A stretch of DNA of 64,000 nucleotides from Candidatus Latescibacterota bacterium (GTDB lineage: Bacteria; Latescibacterota; UBA2968; UBA8231), in NCBI GenBank assembly GCA_963422735.1, contig OY730476.1, positions 2,912,001-2,976,000 on the forward strand, read 5' to 3'. Positions 18,787 to 28,611 of this stretch are shown here, in pieces; position 1 is the stretch's first letter, and every line of letters starts with the position of its first letter. The notes below the pieces were generated by a model, which saw nothing but the letters and a program-made list of their open reading frames with translations, had not been told where the DNA came from and did not search any database. A program made the position numbers and the translations under genes.

Positions 18787-21174
18787 TCAGGCCGTGCGGC
18801 GCTCGCGGATTTGCAGCAGGGCCGGCAGCAGGGTGACGGACGTGATGAAACAGAACCCTAAGCCCACCAGCGAGAGCACGCCTATCGACGTGAGCGCCGG
18901 ATGGATGGCCGGCACCAACCCCGAGAAGCCGACCATTGTCGTCAGCGACGTAGCCAACAGCGCGACCCCGGTCGTGCGCAACACCAATCGCAACGAGCCG
19001 CGACCGACTTCTTGGTAGCGGTGGAAGATGTGGACGCTATTGTCAACGCCCATGCCGATGATCGTCGGAAAGGCGACCATGTTGTAGAGATTGAGCTTGA
19101 TGTCAAACGCATACATGGAGCCCACGACCCACACCAACGCGTTCAAAAGCGGCGTGAGCACCAGCAGAGTATCGACGAAGCTCCGCAGGTCAATGAGCAG
19201 CATCACCGCGACGACCGCGAGCGTGAGGATCACGGCGAGAGAGCTGTCTTCGAGCATGACCTTGAGCATCTCGGCGACGATGATGTGCGAGCTAGAGGCT
19301 ATGTAGGTCTTGCCCGTCGGCGTTTCAATGTGGCTGATTTCCTCGGCAAAGCGGATGGCGTCTTTTCCATCCTTGAGCTCGACCGCGGCGTTGATCGCCA
19401 CGAAGTTGAGGATGTTGCCTTCCTTGTCCTTGAACTCGTTGGTCAAGTCTGCGGGCAGGTCGTAGAGCGTTAGCTTCTCCACGTCGAGGTACGGGCGCAG
19501 CGAGTCCAGTTTAGCCCGCTCGCTCTCGCTGAACAGGCCCTCTTCCCGGTCGAGCAAGTCGCGGATATCGGCGATAAGCGCCAGCTTGGCGTCTTGGGCT
19601 TGCGGGAGCGCGGAGTACACGCTCTTGACGCTGAGGACTGTAGAGGAGTCGCCGCGGGCGGCCTTGATGCGCTCGACCGTGCGAACCACCTCCATGGCCT
19701 CGTCGTAGCTTTCGGTCAGGACGATGGCCGGCGAGCGACCTTCCTTCAGGCTCTGGGGCAAGCTGCCCTTGTTCATGTTGGGCGGCGGCGCGGGCTTGAG
19801 CTTGCTGAAGTCGTATTCAAATTCCAAATCGCCGAGGTGGTACAGCGAGTACCCGGTGACCATAGCGCCTATCAGCAAGGTAGCCCAAGGCATTGGGTAG
19901 CGACCTGTGCGCCAGAGGACGCTTCTCTTGCGGATCGGGATGACCAACCGCAGGCGCTCGGCGAGGACGATGAAGGCCGGGCATATAGCGACCATGGCCA
20001 CCAGCGAAAAGAGGATGCCGGTGCCCACGATAAAGCCGAACTCCGAGAAGCCCTTAAAATCCGTCAACAGCAGCGAATAGAAGGCAACCGAGGTAGTAAA
20101 CGCCGTCGTCGTAAGGGCCTTGCCCGTGTGCCGGACGGTCACGGTCAGGGCCTGTTCGATGTCCATGCCTCGGCGTCGGGCCTCGCGGTAGCGGGCGAAG
20201 ATGTGAATGCCAAAGTCGATGCCCAGCCCAAAGAGAATGGCGAAAAGCCCTACGGTGATCATGTTGAGACTGCCGATGGCCAAGTAGGTGACGCCAAAAG
20301 TCCAAGTCAGGCTCATCAGCAGCGGCAAGGTGATAAAGAGCGAGCCAATCACTTGGCGGAAGAATAGTGTGATGAGCAGGAGTACGCCGACGGTGCTGTA
20401 CAAGGCCGTTGACTTGAGGTCTTGCACAATGATCGTGAATTGATTGGCGCTGTTGTGGAAACTGCCCTTGTACACGCATTCGATGCTGGGGTGGAAGCGC
20501 TCCGGGGCAATGGCGGCAATGGTCTGGTCGAGATGGTCGATCAAGGCCTGTGAGAAGGCGACATCCGTGGTAAGCCCGGCCGGATAGAGCCGGAGGATGA
20601 CGCCGTTGCCCTCTCGCGTAATGACGTACTGGCGGTATTGCTCTGCGACCACCGCACCGTCCTGCTGGTACTTGGCCTCGATATCCGAAAAGTCAAGAAC
20701 CTGCTCTTCCTCGTCGTCAAAGGCGAAGAAGAGCGGCGACTGCTTGAGCTTCTGTAGCTCTATGTGCTCGTCGAGGCGGCGGTTGATTTCCCGCAAGTCC
20801 CCTAAGTCCATGTAGAGAAGCTGATTTTTATCGAGGAGATCCTTTTTGCTGTCGAGGCGGCTCACCGAGCTAATAAGCGGGCTGTGTTCGAGCGAATCGG
20901 CCAAGACCAGCATGAAGGAAACGGCCGCGTCCAAATCGTCGCTGGTAATGACGACCATCAGCGGGCCGATGCCGCCGATGCGGGACTTGATGCGATTGAG
21001 TTCCCTGACGCTGACGTATTCGTCGGACAGGAGGTCGGCGAAATCGGTCTTGATGTTTTCGGCCAGCTTGGCGGCGAAAAACCCGGCAAATACCGACAGG
21101 ATCGTGGCCAGCGCGATTATGCCGATGTAGTGGTGGTAGATGTAGCGGACCAAGCGCTGGTGGCTTATGGGCAT
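18787..21174 (-). CDS. MMPL/HpnN-type RND transporter
   Basis: Two-fold internal repeat with GLGIDFGIH and GMGVDNSVH TM4/TM10-type motifs; two periplasmic loops; about 12 TM segments. Confidence 0.9.
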   Translation of the reverse strand: MPISHQRLVRYIYHHYIGIIALATILSVFAGFFAAKLAENIKTDFADLLSDEYVSVRELNRIKSRIGGIGPLMVVITSDDLDAAVSFMLVLADSLEHSPLISSVSRLDSKKDLLDKNQLLYMDLGDLREINRRLDEHIELQKLKQSPLFFAFDDEEEQVLDFSDIEAKYQQDGAVVAEQYRQYVITREGNGVILRLYPAGLTTDVAFSQALIDHLDQTIAAIAPERFHPSIECVYKGSFHNSANQFTIIVQDLKSTALYSTVGVLLLITLFFRQVIGSLFITLPLLMSLTWTFGVTYLAIGSLNMITVGLFAILFGLGIDFGIHIFARYREARRRGMDIEQALTVTVRHTGKALTTTAFTTSVAFYSLLLTDFKGFSEFGFIVGTGILFSLVAMVAICPAFIVLAERLRLVIPIRKRSVLWRTGRYPMPWATLLIGAMVTGYSLYHLGDLEFEYDFSKLKPAPPPNMNKGSLPQSLKEGRSPAIVLTESYDEAMEVVRTVERIKAARGDSSTVLSVKSVYSALPQAQDAKLALIADIRDLLDREEGLFSESERAKLDSLRPYLDVEKLTLYDLPADLTNEFKDKEGNILNFVAINAAVELKDGKDAIRFAEEISHIETPTGKTYIASSSHIIVAEMLKVMLEDSSLAVILTLAVVAVMLLIDLRSFVDTLLVLTPLLNALVWVVGSMYAFDIKLNLYNMVAFPTIIGMGVDNSVHIFHRYQEVGRGSLRLVLRTTGVALLATSLTTMVGFSGLVPAIHPALTSIGVLSLVGLGFCFITSVTLLPALLQIRERRTA

Positions 21175-21183
21175 GGCGGAGGG

Positions 21184-21819
21184 TTAATCCCGGGTTGCAC
21201 CGCCTGAAGGCGGCGAGAGAATCGCTTCGCGCAGGCGGGCCAATTGCTTGTCGAGCTGGGCGATGAGCTTCCCGTAGCCATTTTTCTCGATGTAGCGGGC
21301 ATAGCGCCGCCTGTTGCCCTCAGCGGTGCTGACGCCGTCGATGACCAAGTCGTATATCCGCCACAAACCCTCCACCCGATGGAGCTTGTATTCGATCTCT
21401 ATTTGCTCATCCCGCACGGGTGCCAGCGCTTGGACGATGGCTGCGTCTCCTTGCACCTCGGCCGACTCGTAGCGGATCTCGCCCTCGCGATAGTAGCGAG
21501 AGAAGCTGGAGAAATTCTGCTCGCGAATGATGCTGCTGAAGGTCTCGGCGAAGTGATCGCGCTCGGCCGGGGAGCGCTCTTCCCAGTGATCACCCAAGGC
21601 GAGTCGGCTCAATTCCCGGAAGTCGAAGGCCGCGTTGATGTGCTTCTTGATCTCTTCCCGCACGGCCGCAAGCAGCGAGTCGGCTGGCGCTTCGGCGAGG
21701 ATGGCCTGCACCTCGGCGTCGTGGTCCTTGAGGAAGGCGATGGGATCGTCCTCTGCAGCCGCGCTGGCAGCCGTCGCGGCGCAGAGAGCAGCCCACGCGG
21801 CGCACCATACCATTTTCAT
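21184..21819 (-). CDS. MlaC/Ttg2D/HpnM-family periplasmic lipid-binding protein
   Basis: Signal peptide; FDFRELSRLALGDHW...ERDHFAETF; WRIYDLVIDGVS. Confidence 0.88.
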   Translation of the reverse strand: MKMVWCAAWAALCAATAASAAAEDDPIAFLKDHDAEVQAILAEAPADSLLAAVREEIKKHINAAFDFRELSRLALGDHWEERSPAERDHFAETFSSIIREQNFSSFSRYYREGEIRYESAEVQGDAAIVQALAPVRDEQIEIEYKLHRVEGLWRIYDLVIDGVSTAEGNRRRYARYIEKNGYGKLIAQLDKQLARLREAILSPPSGGATRD

Positions 21820-23096
21820 TGTGCCTTCTCCTCTGCGTACGCGCCGTTGGAGACGGGAAGTCCACCGCAGTGGTTGATGACGCGCCCATCGTCAAAGGCT
21901 TGGCGCGTCCAGACTCGTAGGTCTGCGTAGTACGCTTCGGCGTACGAACCGGTCGAGTTGGCGTCTGTGAGCAGCCCCAAGCCGATGGTGCGCTCGGCCG
22001 GCTGACCGCCGAGTTTTTCGCGGTGGTGCTTCTCCAAGTCAACGACCTCAAAGGTCCATTTGCCCAAGTTGGTCGAGCCGCTTTCGACGACGAAGAACCA
22101 AGGCCGGAAGATCTTGTCGCGCCGCCCCACCGTGCCTTCGGGCAAGGTTGTGCTCCACACGTATTTGAGCTGTTTGGGGACCCCCAGCCAATTCTTGGAG
22201 AAGATGACGTACACGCCGGCCGCGCTGTCGTTGGCGTCGTCGAGGAACTCGTTGCCGCCCAGCGGCAAAGCCGCGGCCCGCCAGCACCAAGTCATAATCG
22301 GGTACTGGCGGGGATTCCAGTGGACGAATTTTCCCACGATAACCGAATGGCTCGAATCGCGCGCCGCCATGTAGCGCCGAGGGCGGCCCTCTACGCGGTA
22401 GAGCACGGGTTTGCGGCGGTCTTTTTTTTTCCAAGGTCCCCAGTCCATGGGCTGCGACCCGTCCCAAGTGGCGGCGAAGTCCTCGAGGACGACGAACTCG
22501 CGCTCGGCGAGGTGGGCCTCCATCACCGGCGGCGAATGGCGGCTGTCGATCAGCGACTGGTAGCGACGTCGATAGTAGCTGGAGACGGGCTGGCCGCCGA
22601 TCTTCAACTCGGCGATTTTCCAAGTTCCGGCTGCAAGAATCAAGTCGGCCTCCACGCCGAGCGAGCGAGTGGCAAATAACGCGCGAAGCTGCGCACGGCC
22701 CCGCCGACCATTCACTTCGAGGCTATCCAAGCGCAAGCCGCGCAAGTCCGGGGAAGTAAGCTGGGCGGCCAAGTCGGCACTGAGGCGATGCTGGTAGGCC
22801 CTAGCCAGTCGGCTGCGATAGTGCTCGACGAGGTGTGTAAAACGCGGGATGGATAGCAGGCTCCGGTATGAGTTCAGCGACTTTTCGGGATAGTCGCCAA
22901 AGGTCGTCGCGGCAAATTCCTCCAAGGCCAAGTGCTCGCTCACTAAGCGTTCAGCCGCGCCGGCGCTCTCGCGGTTAGGGGCCTCTAGCAGCGCGTTCAG
23001 CCGCGCCACGGCCCCCGTCGCCCAAGCCGCGTCGGCTCCGCTGTCGCCCGGGCCGACCAAGGCCAGTAGCAGAGCCGCGCTAAGGAAACGTTTCAT
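21816..23096 (-). CDS. Secreted fusion: MlaC-like N-terminal domain plus DUF3047 C-terminal domain
   Basis: WKIAELKIGGQPVSSYYRRRYQSLI parallels the MlaC C-terminus; YPIMTWCWR, DSAAGVYVIF, LKYVWS and GLLTDANST match DUF3047. Confidence 0.75.
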   Translation of the reverse strand: MKRFLSAALLLALVGPGDSGADAAWATGAVARLNALLEAPNRESAGAAERLVSEHLALEEFAATTFGDYPEKSLNSYRSLLSIPRFTHLVEHYRSRLARAYQHRLSADLAAQLTSPDLRGLRLDSLEVNGRRGRAQLRALFATRSLGVEADLILAAGTWKIAELKIGGQPVSSYYRRRYQSLIDSRHSPPVMEAHLAEREFVVLEDFAATWDGSQPMDWGPWKKKDRRKPVLYRVEGRPRRYMAARDSSHSVIVGKFVHWNPRQYPIMTWCWRAAALPLGGNEFLDDANDSAAGVYVIFSKNWLGVPKQLKYVWSTTLPEGTVGRRDKIFRPWFFVVESGSTNLGKWTFEVVDLEKHHREKLGGQPAERTIGLGLLTDANSTGSYAEAYYADLRVWTRQAFDDGRVINHCGGLPVSNGAYAEEKAQ

Positions 23097-24447
23097 CGCG
23101 TGGGATTAGTTCGAGACCGCCCGTGGCTTTTTCGAGGCGGGCGACGCTGATGTTAAAGTCGTAAAGGGTTTCGCCGTAGCCTTGTTCGCGGCGGGCCCAA
23201 GCCTCAAAGGCGGCGATCAATTCGCCGATGGTCTGCGGGTCGAACTCAAAATCGTCTCGGGCTTCCCGCAGCCACTGCCGGGCCAATTGCCGGCTCTTGC
23301 GCGCGTCTTGCAAATCGCGGTCGGCGCGGCGATAGTCCAAATAGGCGCGGTGGACATCTAAGCGGAGCCCCTCCTGCACACCCGGTACGCGCGCTTCGAG
23401 TGCGCGGTATTCAGCGCGGGCCCTATCTACATCCGCTGCCAACAAGTGCCATTCCAAGGATTGCTGCACTCCGATGAAGACGCCGCCGTTAAAAAAATTG
23501 AACTCATCTTTGACAAATGGGTTCCGCTGGTCGGTGCGCCCAGGGGCCACGGCGTAGCGCAAGCCACCGCCGATGAACACTTGGGGCTGGTACGCGGCGC
23601 GGGCAGCTTGCGCGAGGGCCTGTTTGGCGGCGAGGCCCGCTTGCAGCTTGCGCCATTCCGGTCGCCGGCCGACGGCCTGTGCGACTAGCGCGTCTAAGGG
23701 CGGGATCGAGGCCGCCACCGGCGCGAGTCGCTCGGCCCGGAGCAGGAGCGGCCCATCGCTAGGCAGGCCCGTGCGCCAAGCCAGCGCAGCCCGCGCCAAG
23801 GCCAATTGGTCGCCGACCTCGCGCTGCTGCTTGGCCAAGTCGAGCTGGGCCAGCCGCAGCCTGTAGTGGTCGGACGGCGAGAGCGCGGGATCGTCGTCTA
23901 GTTCCTCGGCCCTGCTGGCTAGCTCATCGCTCACGCGCAGCACCAAGGCGTTTAGATCTTGTGCCAACAGCAGTCCGTAGTACAGTTCCTTGACGGCAAA
24001 GGACACGTCCAACTGGGTCTGCAACAGGTCGGACTGCTCCACATTGACCCCCCAAGTGGCGGCTTCGTCTAAATGGCGGCCGAGGCTAAAGGGATAGAGC
24101 GGCTGCACAAATTGCAGCTCGGCGCGCACAAAAGGCCCCAAGGATGGGATGCCCGTGGTATCGGCGGGCGGGCTGAACACACTGCCCATAGCGTCTGGGA
24201 CTATGCCGCTTTCGCTGTCGATGCGCAGGCGGGGAAGGATCTTGGCGGCCGCAGCTTGGCGGCGACGGGCCGCGGCCGACTCGACCTTCCAACGGCCGCT
24301 CGCAACATCGCCATCGCGCTCCAAGGCGCGGTCGATAAGCTCAGGTAGCGTCCAGCGTTTGTCGGGCATTTGGGCGCGGGCCGGGGGGGTGGGCAAGCAG
24401 ATGGCGAGGCCCCAAACCCCTAGCCACAAGGGGGCGCAAATTTGCAT
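23080..24447 (-). CDS. TolC family outer-membrane efflux protein
   Basis: Signal peptide; two OEP repeats (LPRL...QPLY; YQPQV...VQQSL); VKELYYGLL; C-terminal ARLEKATG. Confidence 0.88.
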   Translation of the reverse strand: MQICAPLWLGVWGLAICLPTPPARAQMPDKRWTLPELIDRALERDGDVASGRWKVESAAARRRQAAAAKILPRLRIDSESGIVPDAMGSVFSPPADTTGIPSLGPFVRAELQFVQPLYPFSLGRHLDEAATWGVNVEQSDLLQTQLDVSFAVKELYYGLLLAQDLNALVLRVSDELASRAEELDDDPALSPSDHYRLRLAQLDLAKQQREVGDQLALARAALAWRTGLPSDGPLLLRAERLAPVAASIPPLDALVAQAVGRRPEWRKLQAGLAAKQALAQAARAAYQPQVFIGGGLRYAVAPGRTDQRNPFVKDEFNFFNGGVFIGVQQSLEWHLLAADVDRARAEYRALEARVPGVQEGLRLDVHRAYLDYRRADRDLQDARKSRQLARQWLREARDDFEFDPQTIGELIAAFEAWARREQGYGETLYDFNISVARLEKATGGLELIPRDETFP

Positions 24448-24514
24448 GCCAGTGGGAAATCTCAGTGGCGGAAGAGGCGGAATTCGCGGTGACAGTGCAG
24501 GTCCGTCATTTTTA

Positions 24515-24567
24515 TAACTTGTTAAAAATAGTTAAGTTAATATACAGACTAAGCGATTTATCGTCAA
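24515..24567 (-). promoter_or_regulatory. Promoter and operator-like inverted repeat for the TolC-MlaC-MMPL operon
   Basis: Minus strand TTGACG-17 bp-TATATT (24567-24539); TAACT-N10-AGTTA inverted repeat at 24515-24534 overlapping the predicted +1. Confidence 0.6.
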
Positions 24568-24662
24568 CGCTCTAGCCCGTCTGCTTCTTGGACTGTACAA
24601 CACCCAAACACTGTGTTTTATGCACCCATGTCTTCTTTGAAATGTTCGAATAGGCGGGCGCA

Positions 24663-27422
24663 ATGCAGCCGACTTTAGTCGTCCGGGAAGCCTGCGAACA
24701 TAACCTGCGCGCCGTCTCCTTAGACCTGCCCCACGAATCCCTTGTGGCCGTCAGCGGTCCGTCCGGGTCGGGCAAAACTTCCCTCGTATTAGACACGATT
24801 TACGCCGAGGCGCGCCGGCGCTTTCTCGCGGCGCTGGACCAGGGCGGCGGCTGGCGCACATTGCGCGTACCCAAAGCCAGCCGCATTGACGGCTTGGCCC
24901 CCGCACTCGCACTAGCCGGGGGAGTCGGCCACCAGAGTCCGCGGGCCACGGTGGCGACTCTGTCCGGCTTGTACGATCTGTTACGCCTGCTCTTTGCCCG
25001 CGTCGGTCGGCCCAGTTGCCTTCACTGCGGCGGGCGGGTGCAGACGCATCGCTTTGAAGAGGCAAACGAAGCGGCTGCGAGCATGCCGGCCGGAACCCGC
25101 CTGATGGTTCTCGCACCGCGCCGGCGGCGGGAGGACGAGACGCCCGAGCAGATACTCGCCGCGATTGATCGCGCCGGTTACCGCCATGTGCGCCTCGACG
25201 GACAAGACCTGCTACTGGAGGAAATCGCGCCCGAGCGCGTCGCCCGCGCTCAGCACTTGTCCGTGGTCGTCGATCGCCTCGTCGTCAAAAAGGGCATCAC
25301 GCGCCGCTTGCAAGGGTCGCTGCAAGCGGCCTTGGAGGCGGGCGACGGCCAAGTGGTGCTTTCCACCCCAGACGCAGGCAGCGATCTAGTTTTTGCAGTG
25401 CGACCAGCGTGCGCGGCCTGTGGCGCGCCCTTCCCGGCCCTAGAATCCGCGCTGTTTTCCTTTAATAGCGCGGCCGGAGCCTGCGCGGCGTGCCGGGGCC
25501 TCGGAGTGCAGCGCGGCTTGAGCAGCGAGCAGGTCTTCTCTAGTGGACGGGCTACGCTCGAAGGGGCACTCGGTCCCCTGTGGCACGACTTTGGGCACGG
25601 CGATTTGCGCGACCGCTTGCAAGCCTTCTGTCGGCGGCACCAAGTCTATCCTGAACAACCCGTGGGAGACTGGCCGGGCCAAGCGGCCGAACGGCTGTGG
25701 CGCGGCGAGGGCCGGCGGGGCCGGTTTCTCGGGATGGCGCACTGGCTGGAGCGCGTCGGCGCCAAAGCCGAAGGAGAGGAATTGGCTTGGCTGGAGGAAC
25801 GCCTCGACGACGCGCCATGCCCTAGCTGCAGTGGGGCGCGCTTGCGGCCCGAATCCCTCGCGGTAGAATTGGGCGGGGCGTCGATTGCCGCGGTCGGCGA
25901 GTGCGCGGTCGTCGCGGCGGCCGAGTGGCTCGGGAGTCTCGATTTCCCCGCGGCTATAGCCCCTGTAGGTGAGGCCATCCGCGCCCAGATTAGCCGCAGG
26001 CTGACCCTGTTGCAAGAACTGGGGCTGGAGTACCTGCAACTGAACCGCCGCGCCGACACCCTGTCGAGTGGGGAGTTTCAACGGCTCCGCCTCGGGTCCG
26101 CCCTGTCGTCGGGCACCACGCAGATGCTCTATGTGCTCGACGAACCCAGCACCGGTTTGCACGCGCGCGACGCTGCCCAGCTCTTGGACGCGCTCAGGGG
26201 ACTGCGCGACGCTGGGAACTCCGTGTTCCTAATAGAACACGACGCGGCCCTTTTGCGCGGGGCCGACTGGCTGGTCGATATGGGGCCGGGCGCGGGGATC
26301 GCCGGCGGGCAAATCGCGGCCGAGGGCACGCCGAGCGAGGTGGCAGCGGCCGGGTCTTTGACCGGACGCTATCTGCGCGGGGCACTGCAATTGCCGCGCA
26401 CCCGAGCGCGCCAGCCACAGGGGTGGTTGGTATTATCCGGTGCCCGCGGCCACAACTTGCGCCAACTCGAAGTGAAATGGCCGTTGGGGACCTTGACTTG
26501 CGTGACCGGGGTTTCCGGGTCGGGCAAAAGCTCGCTGGTCAGCCACACCCTGCATCCGCTCTTGGCGGCCAAACTGCACAGCGCCCAGCGGCGACCCCTG
26601 CCCTATAGTTCTTGCGCTGGAATCGAACAGGTGGCGCGCGTCGTCGCGGTTGATCAGCGGCCCATCGGCCGCACCGCGCGCTCAAATGCAGCGACCTACA
26701 CCGGGTTGCTAGCACCGATTCGCCGCCTGTTCGCCGACCTGTCCGAAGCCCGCCTACGGGGCTACCGGCCGGCGCACTTTAGCTTCAACGCTCCAGAGGG
26801 AGCCTGCGACCTGTGCAAGGGCCGGGGGACGCACAGCATGCGCCGGAGCACCTTCGACGATCTCGAAGTCGTCTGCCCCTCTTGCAGCGGCCGGCGCTAC
26901 CGGGCCGAGGTCTTGGACGTGTGTTTCCGCCAGCACCACATCGCCGGAGTGCTGGAGATGAGCGTGGCCGCGGCGAGTGCGCTTTTTGCGGCCGTGCCCC
27001 AAGTCGCGCAGCGGCTAGAGACCCTCGCGGAAGTGGGCTTGGGGTATTTGCACCTCGGCCAGCCGGCGACCAGTTTTTCCGGCGGAGAGGCACAGCGGGT
27101 TAAGCTGGCGGCCGAACTGGGCCGCTCGCGCCAAGATCACGCGCTCTACATACTCGACGAACCGACCGCGGGCCTGCACTTGGAGGATGTGCGCTTGCTG
27201 CTCGCGCTCTTGCAGCGCTTAGTTGACGAAGGCAATACCGTAGTGGTGGTTGAACACCACATCGAATTCATAGCGGCCGCCGACTGGGTTATCGACTTGG
27301 GGCCAGAAGGCGGACAAGCCGGTGGGGCGATCGCGGCTTGCGGCCGCCCCGAGGAAGTGGCCGGCGCGGCCGGCTCCCACACGGGTGCATACTTGCAGCA
27401 GTTGTTTGCCGCGCAGGGTTGA
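24663..27422 (+). CDS. uvrA: Excinuclease ABC subunit A (divergent UvrA)
   Basis: Two ABC ATPase modules (GPSGSGKTS, LSSGE, VLDEP; GVSGSGKSS, FSGGEAQRVKLA, ILDEPT) and six CxxC zinc motifs. Confidence 0.88.
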   Translation: MQPTLVVREACEHNLRAVSLDLPHESLVAVSGPSGSGKTSLVLDTIYAEARRRFLAALDQGGGWRTLRVPKASRIDGLAPALALAGGVGHQSPRATVATLSGLYDLLRLLFARVGRPSCLHCGGRVQTHRFEEANEAAASMPAGTRLMVLAPRRRREDETPEQILAAIDRAGYRHVRLDGQDLLLEEIAPERVARAQHLSVVVDRLVVKKGITRRLQGSLQAALEAGDGQVVLSTPDAGSDLVFAVRPACAACGAPFPALESALFSFNSAAGACAACRGLGVQRGLSSEQVFSSGRATLEGALGPLWHDFGHGDLRDRLQAFCRRHQVYPEQPVGDWPGQAAERLWRGEGRRGRFLGMAHWLERVGAKAEGEELAWLEERLDDAPCPSCSGARLRPESLAVELGGASIAAVGECAVVAAAEWLGSLDFPAAIAPVGEAIRAQISRRLTLLQELGLEYLQLNRRADTLSSGEFQRLRLGSALSSGTTQMLYVLDEPSTGLHARDAAQLLDALRGLRDAGNSVFLIEHDAALLRGADWLVDMGPGAGIAGGQIAAEGTPSEVAAAGSLTGRYLRGALQLPRTRARQPQGWLVLSGARGHNLRQLEVKWPLGTLTCVTGVSGSGKSSLVSHTLHPLLAAKLHSAQRRPLPYSSCAGIEQVARVVAVDQRPIGRTARSNAATYTGLLAPIRRLFADLSEARLRGYRPAHFSFNAPEGACDLCKGRGTHSMRRSTFDDLEVVCPSCSGRRYRAEVLDVCFRQHHIAGVLEMSVAAASALFAAVPQVAQRLETLAEVGLGYLHLGQPATSFSGGEAQRVKLAAELGRSRQDHALYILDEPTAGLHLEDVRLLLALLQRLVDEGNTVVVVEHHIEFIAAADWVIDLGPEGGQAGGAIAACGRPEEVAGAAGSHTGAYLQQLFAAQG

Positions 27423-27441
27423 GCGATTGAGGAGACTTTCA

Positions 27442-28611
27442 TTGGACATACAAAAAATACAAGCCTATATGCAGCAGGAGGGGATCGGCGCTTGGTTGGT
27501 GTGCGATTTTCGCGGCGGCAATCCGGTCTTGTGGCAGCTTTTGGGCCAGCGACGGCAGACGACCCGGCGCGTCTTTCTCGTAGTACCGGCTGCGGGCGCA
27601 CCGCGCCTGCTCGGCTCGGCGGTCGAGCCGAAGGCCCTCGCTGGGCTGGGCGTGGAGATCGCTCATTACGCTAGCTGGGAACAGCTACATGCCCTGTTGA
27701 GCGATGCAGTGGAGGGGCTGCCGCGGGTGGCTATGGAGTACTGGCCCGGGGGCGCACTGCCCACGGTGTCTTGGGTCGATGGCGGCACCTTAGATCTGGT
27801 GCGATCTCTCGGCCCCGAGGTGGTGTCTTCGGCCAATCTGTGCCAAGTCGCCTTGGCCACTTGGAGCGCGGACGCGCTTGCCTCGCACCGCGACGCCTGC
27901 CGCCAAGTAGCCGCAGTCAAGGACGCAGCCTTTGAGTATATACGCCGCCGGCTCCGCACTGGCCTCACCGAATTCGACGTCCAAGCGTTCATCGTCGCCG
28001 AACTGGAGCGGCGTGGCCTCGACATCGGGCATCCGCCGATCGTCGGCGTCAATCGCAACAGCGGCAATCCGCACTACGAGCCGTGCGCGGACACTGCCGC
28101 TTCCGTTGAGCCGGGTGCTTGGATCCTCATTGACCTGTGGGCGCGTCATCCCGGCGATCAGCACGTGTTTGGCGACATAACTTGGGTCGCCTTTGCCGGT
28201 CCACGCGTGCCAGCGGTTCACGCCGAGGTCTTTGCCGCGGTGCGCGAAGCACGCGATCAAGTGCTAGCGCATCTCGACGCCGCGTGGCGCGCTGGCGACA
28301 TGCTACAGGGCTGGCAGCTCGACCGAGTGGCGCGCCAAGCCATGACAAGACGCGGCTTGGGCGAGCAGTTCGTCCACCGCACCGGGCACAGCCTCGGCCC
28401 GGGACCGAGCATCCACGGGCTAGGCGTGAACCTCGACGACCTAGAGACCCACGATGCGCGGTCGATCCTGCCGGGCACGGGCTTTTCCGTGGAGCCGGGC
28501 GCGTATCTGCCGGAGTTCGGCGTACGGCTCGAAGTCAATGTGTACGTGGATCCAGAGACTGGACCGGAAGTTACGACCCCCATCCAAAACGAAGTCATCC
28601 TCTTGCTTTGA
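27442..28611 (+). CDS. M24 family Xaa-Pro aminopeptidase
   Basis: PHYEP, LIDLW, GDITW, HRTGHS, SVEPG and GVRLE motifs; TTG start after a GAGGAGA RBS. Confidence 0.88.
   Translation: MDIQKIQAYMQQEGIGAWLVCDFRGGNPVLWQLLGQRRQTTRRVFLVVPAAGAPRLLGSAVEPKALAGLGVEIAHYASWEQLHALLSDAVEGLPRVAMEYWPGGALPTVSWVDGGTLDLVRSLGPEVVSSANLCQVALATWSADALASHRDACRQVAAVKDAAFEYIRRRLRTGLTEFDVQAFIVAELERRGLDIGHPPIVGVNRNSGNPHYEPCADTAASVEPGAWILIDLWARHPGDQHVFGDITWVAFAGPRVPAVHAEVFAAVREARDQVLAHLDAAWRAGDMLQGWQLDRVARQAMTRRGLGEQFVHRTGHSLGPGPSIHGLGVNLDDLETHDARSILPGTGFSVEPGAYLPEFGVRLEVNVYVDPETGPEVTTPIQNEVILLL

Noticed and set aside
24580-24660. LexA box upstream of uvrA
   Set aside because: Only half-sites (CTGT, TGTTC); no complete palindrome of a known type
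28137-28607. Apparent N-terminal fusion on QueC
   Set aside because: It is an alternative frame of the M24 peptidase; QueC homology starts at 28608
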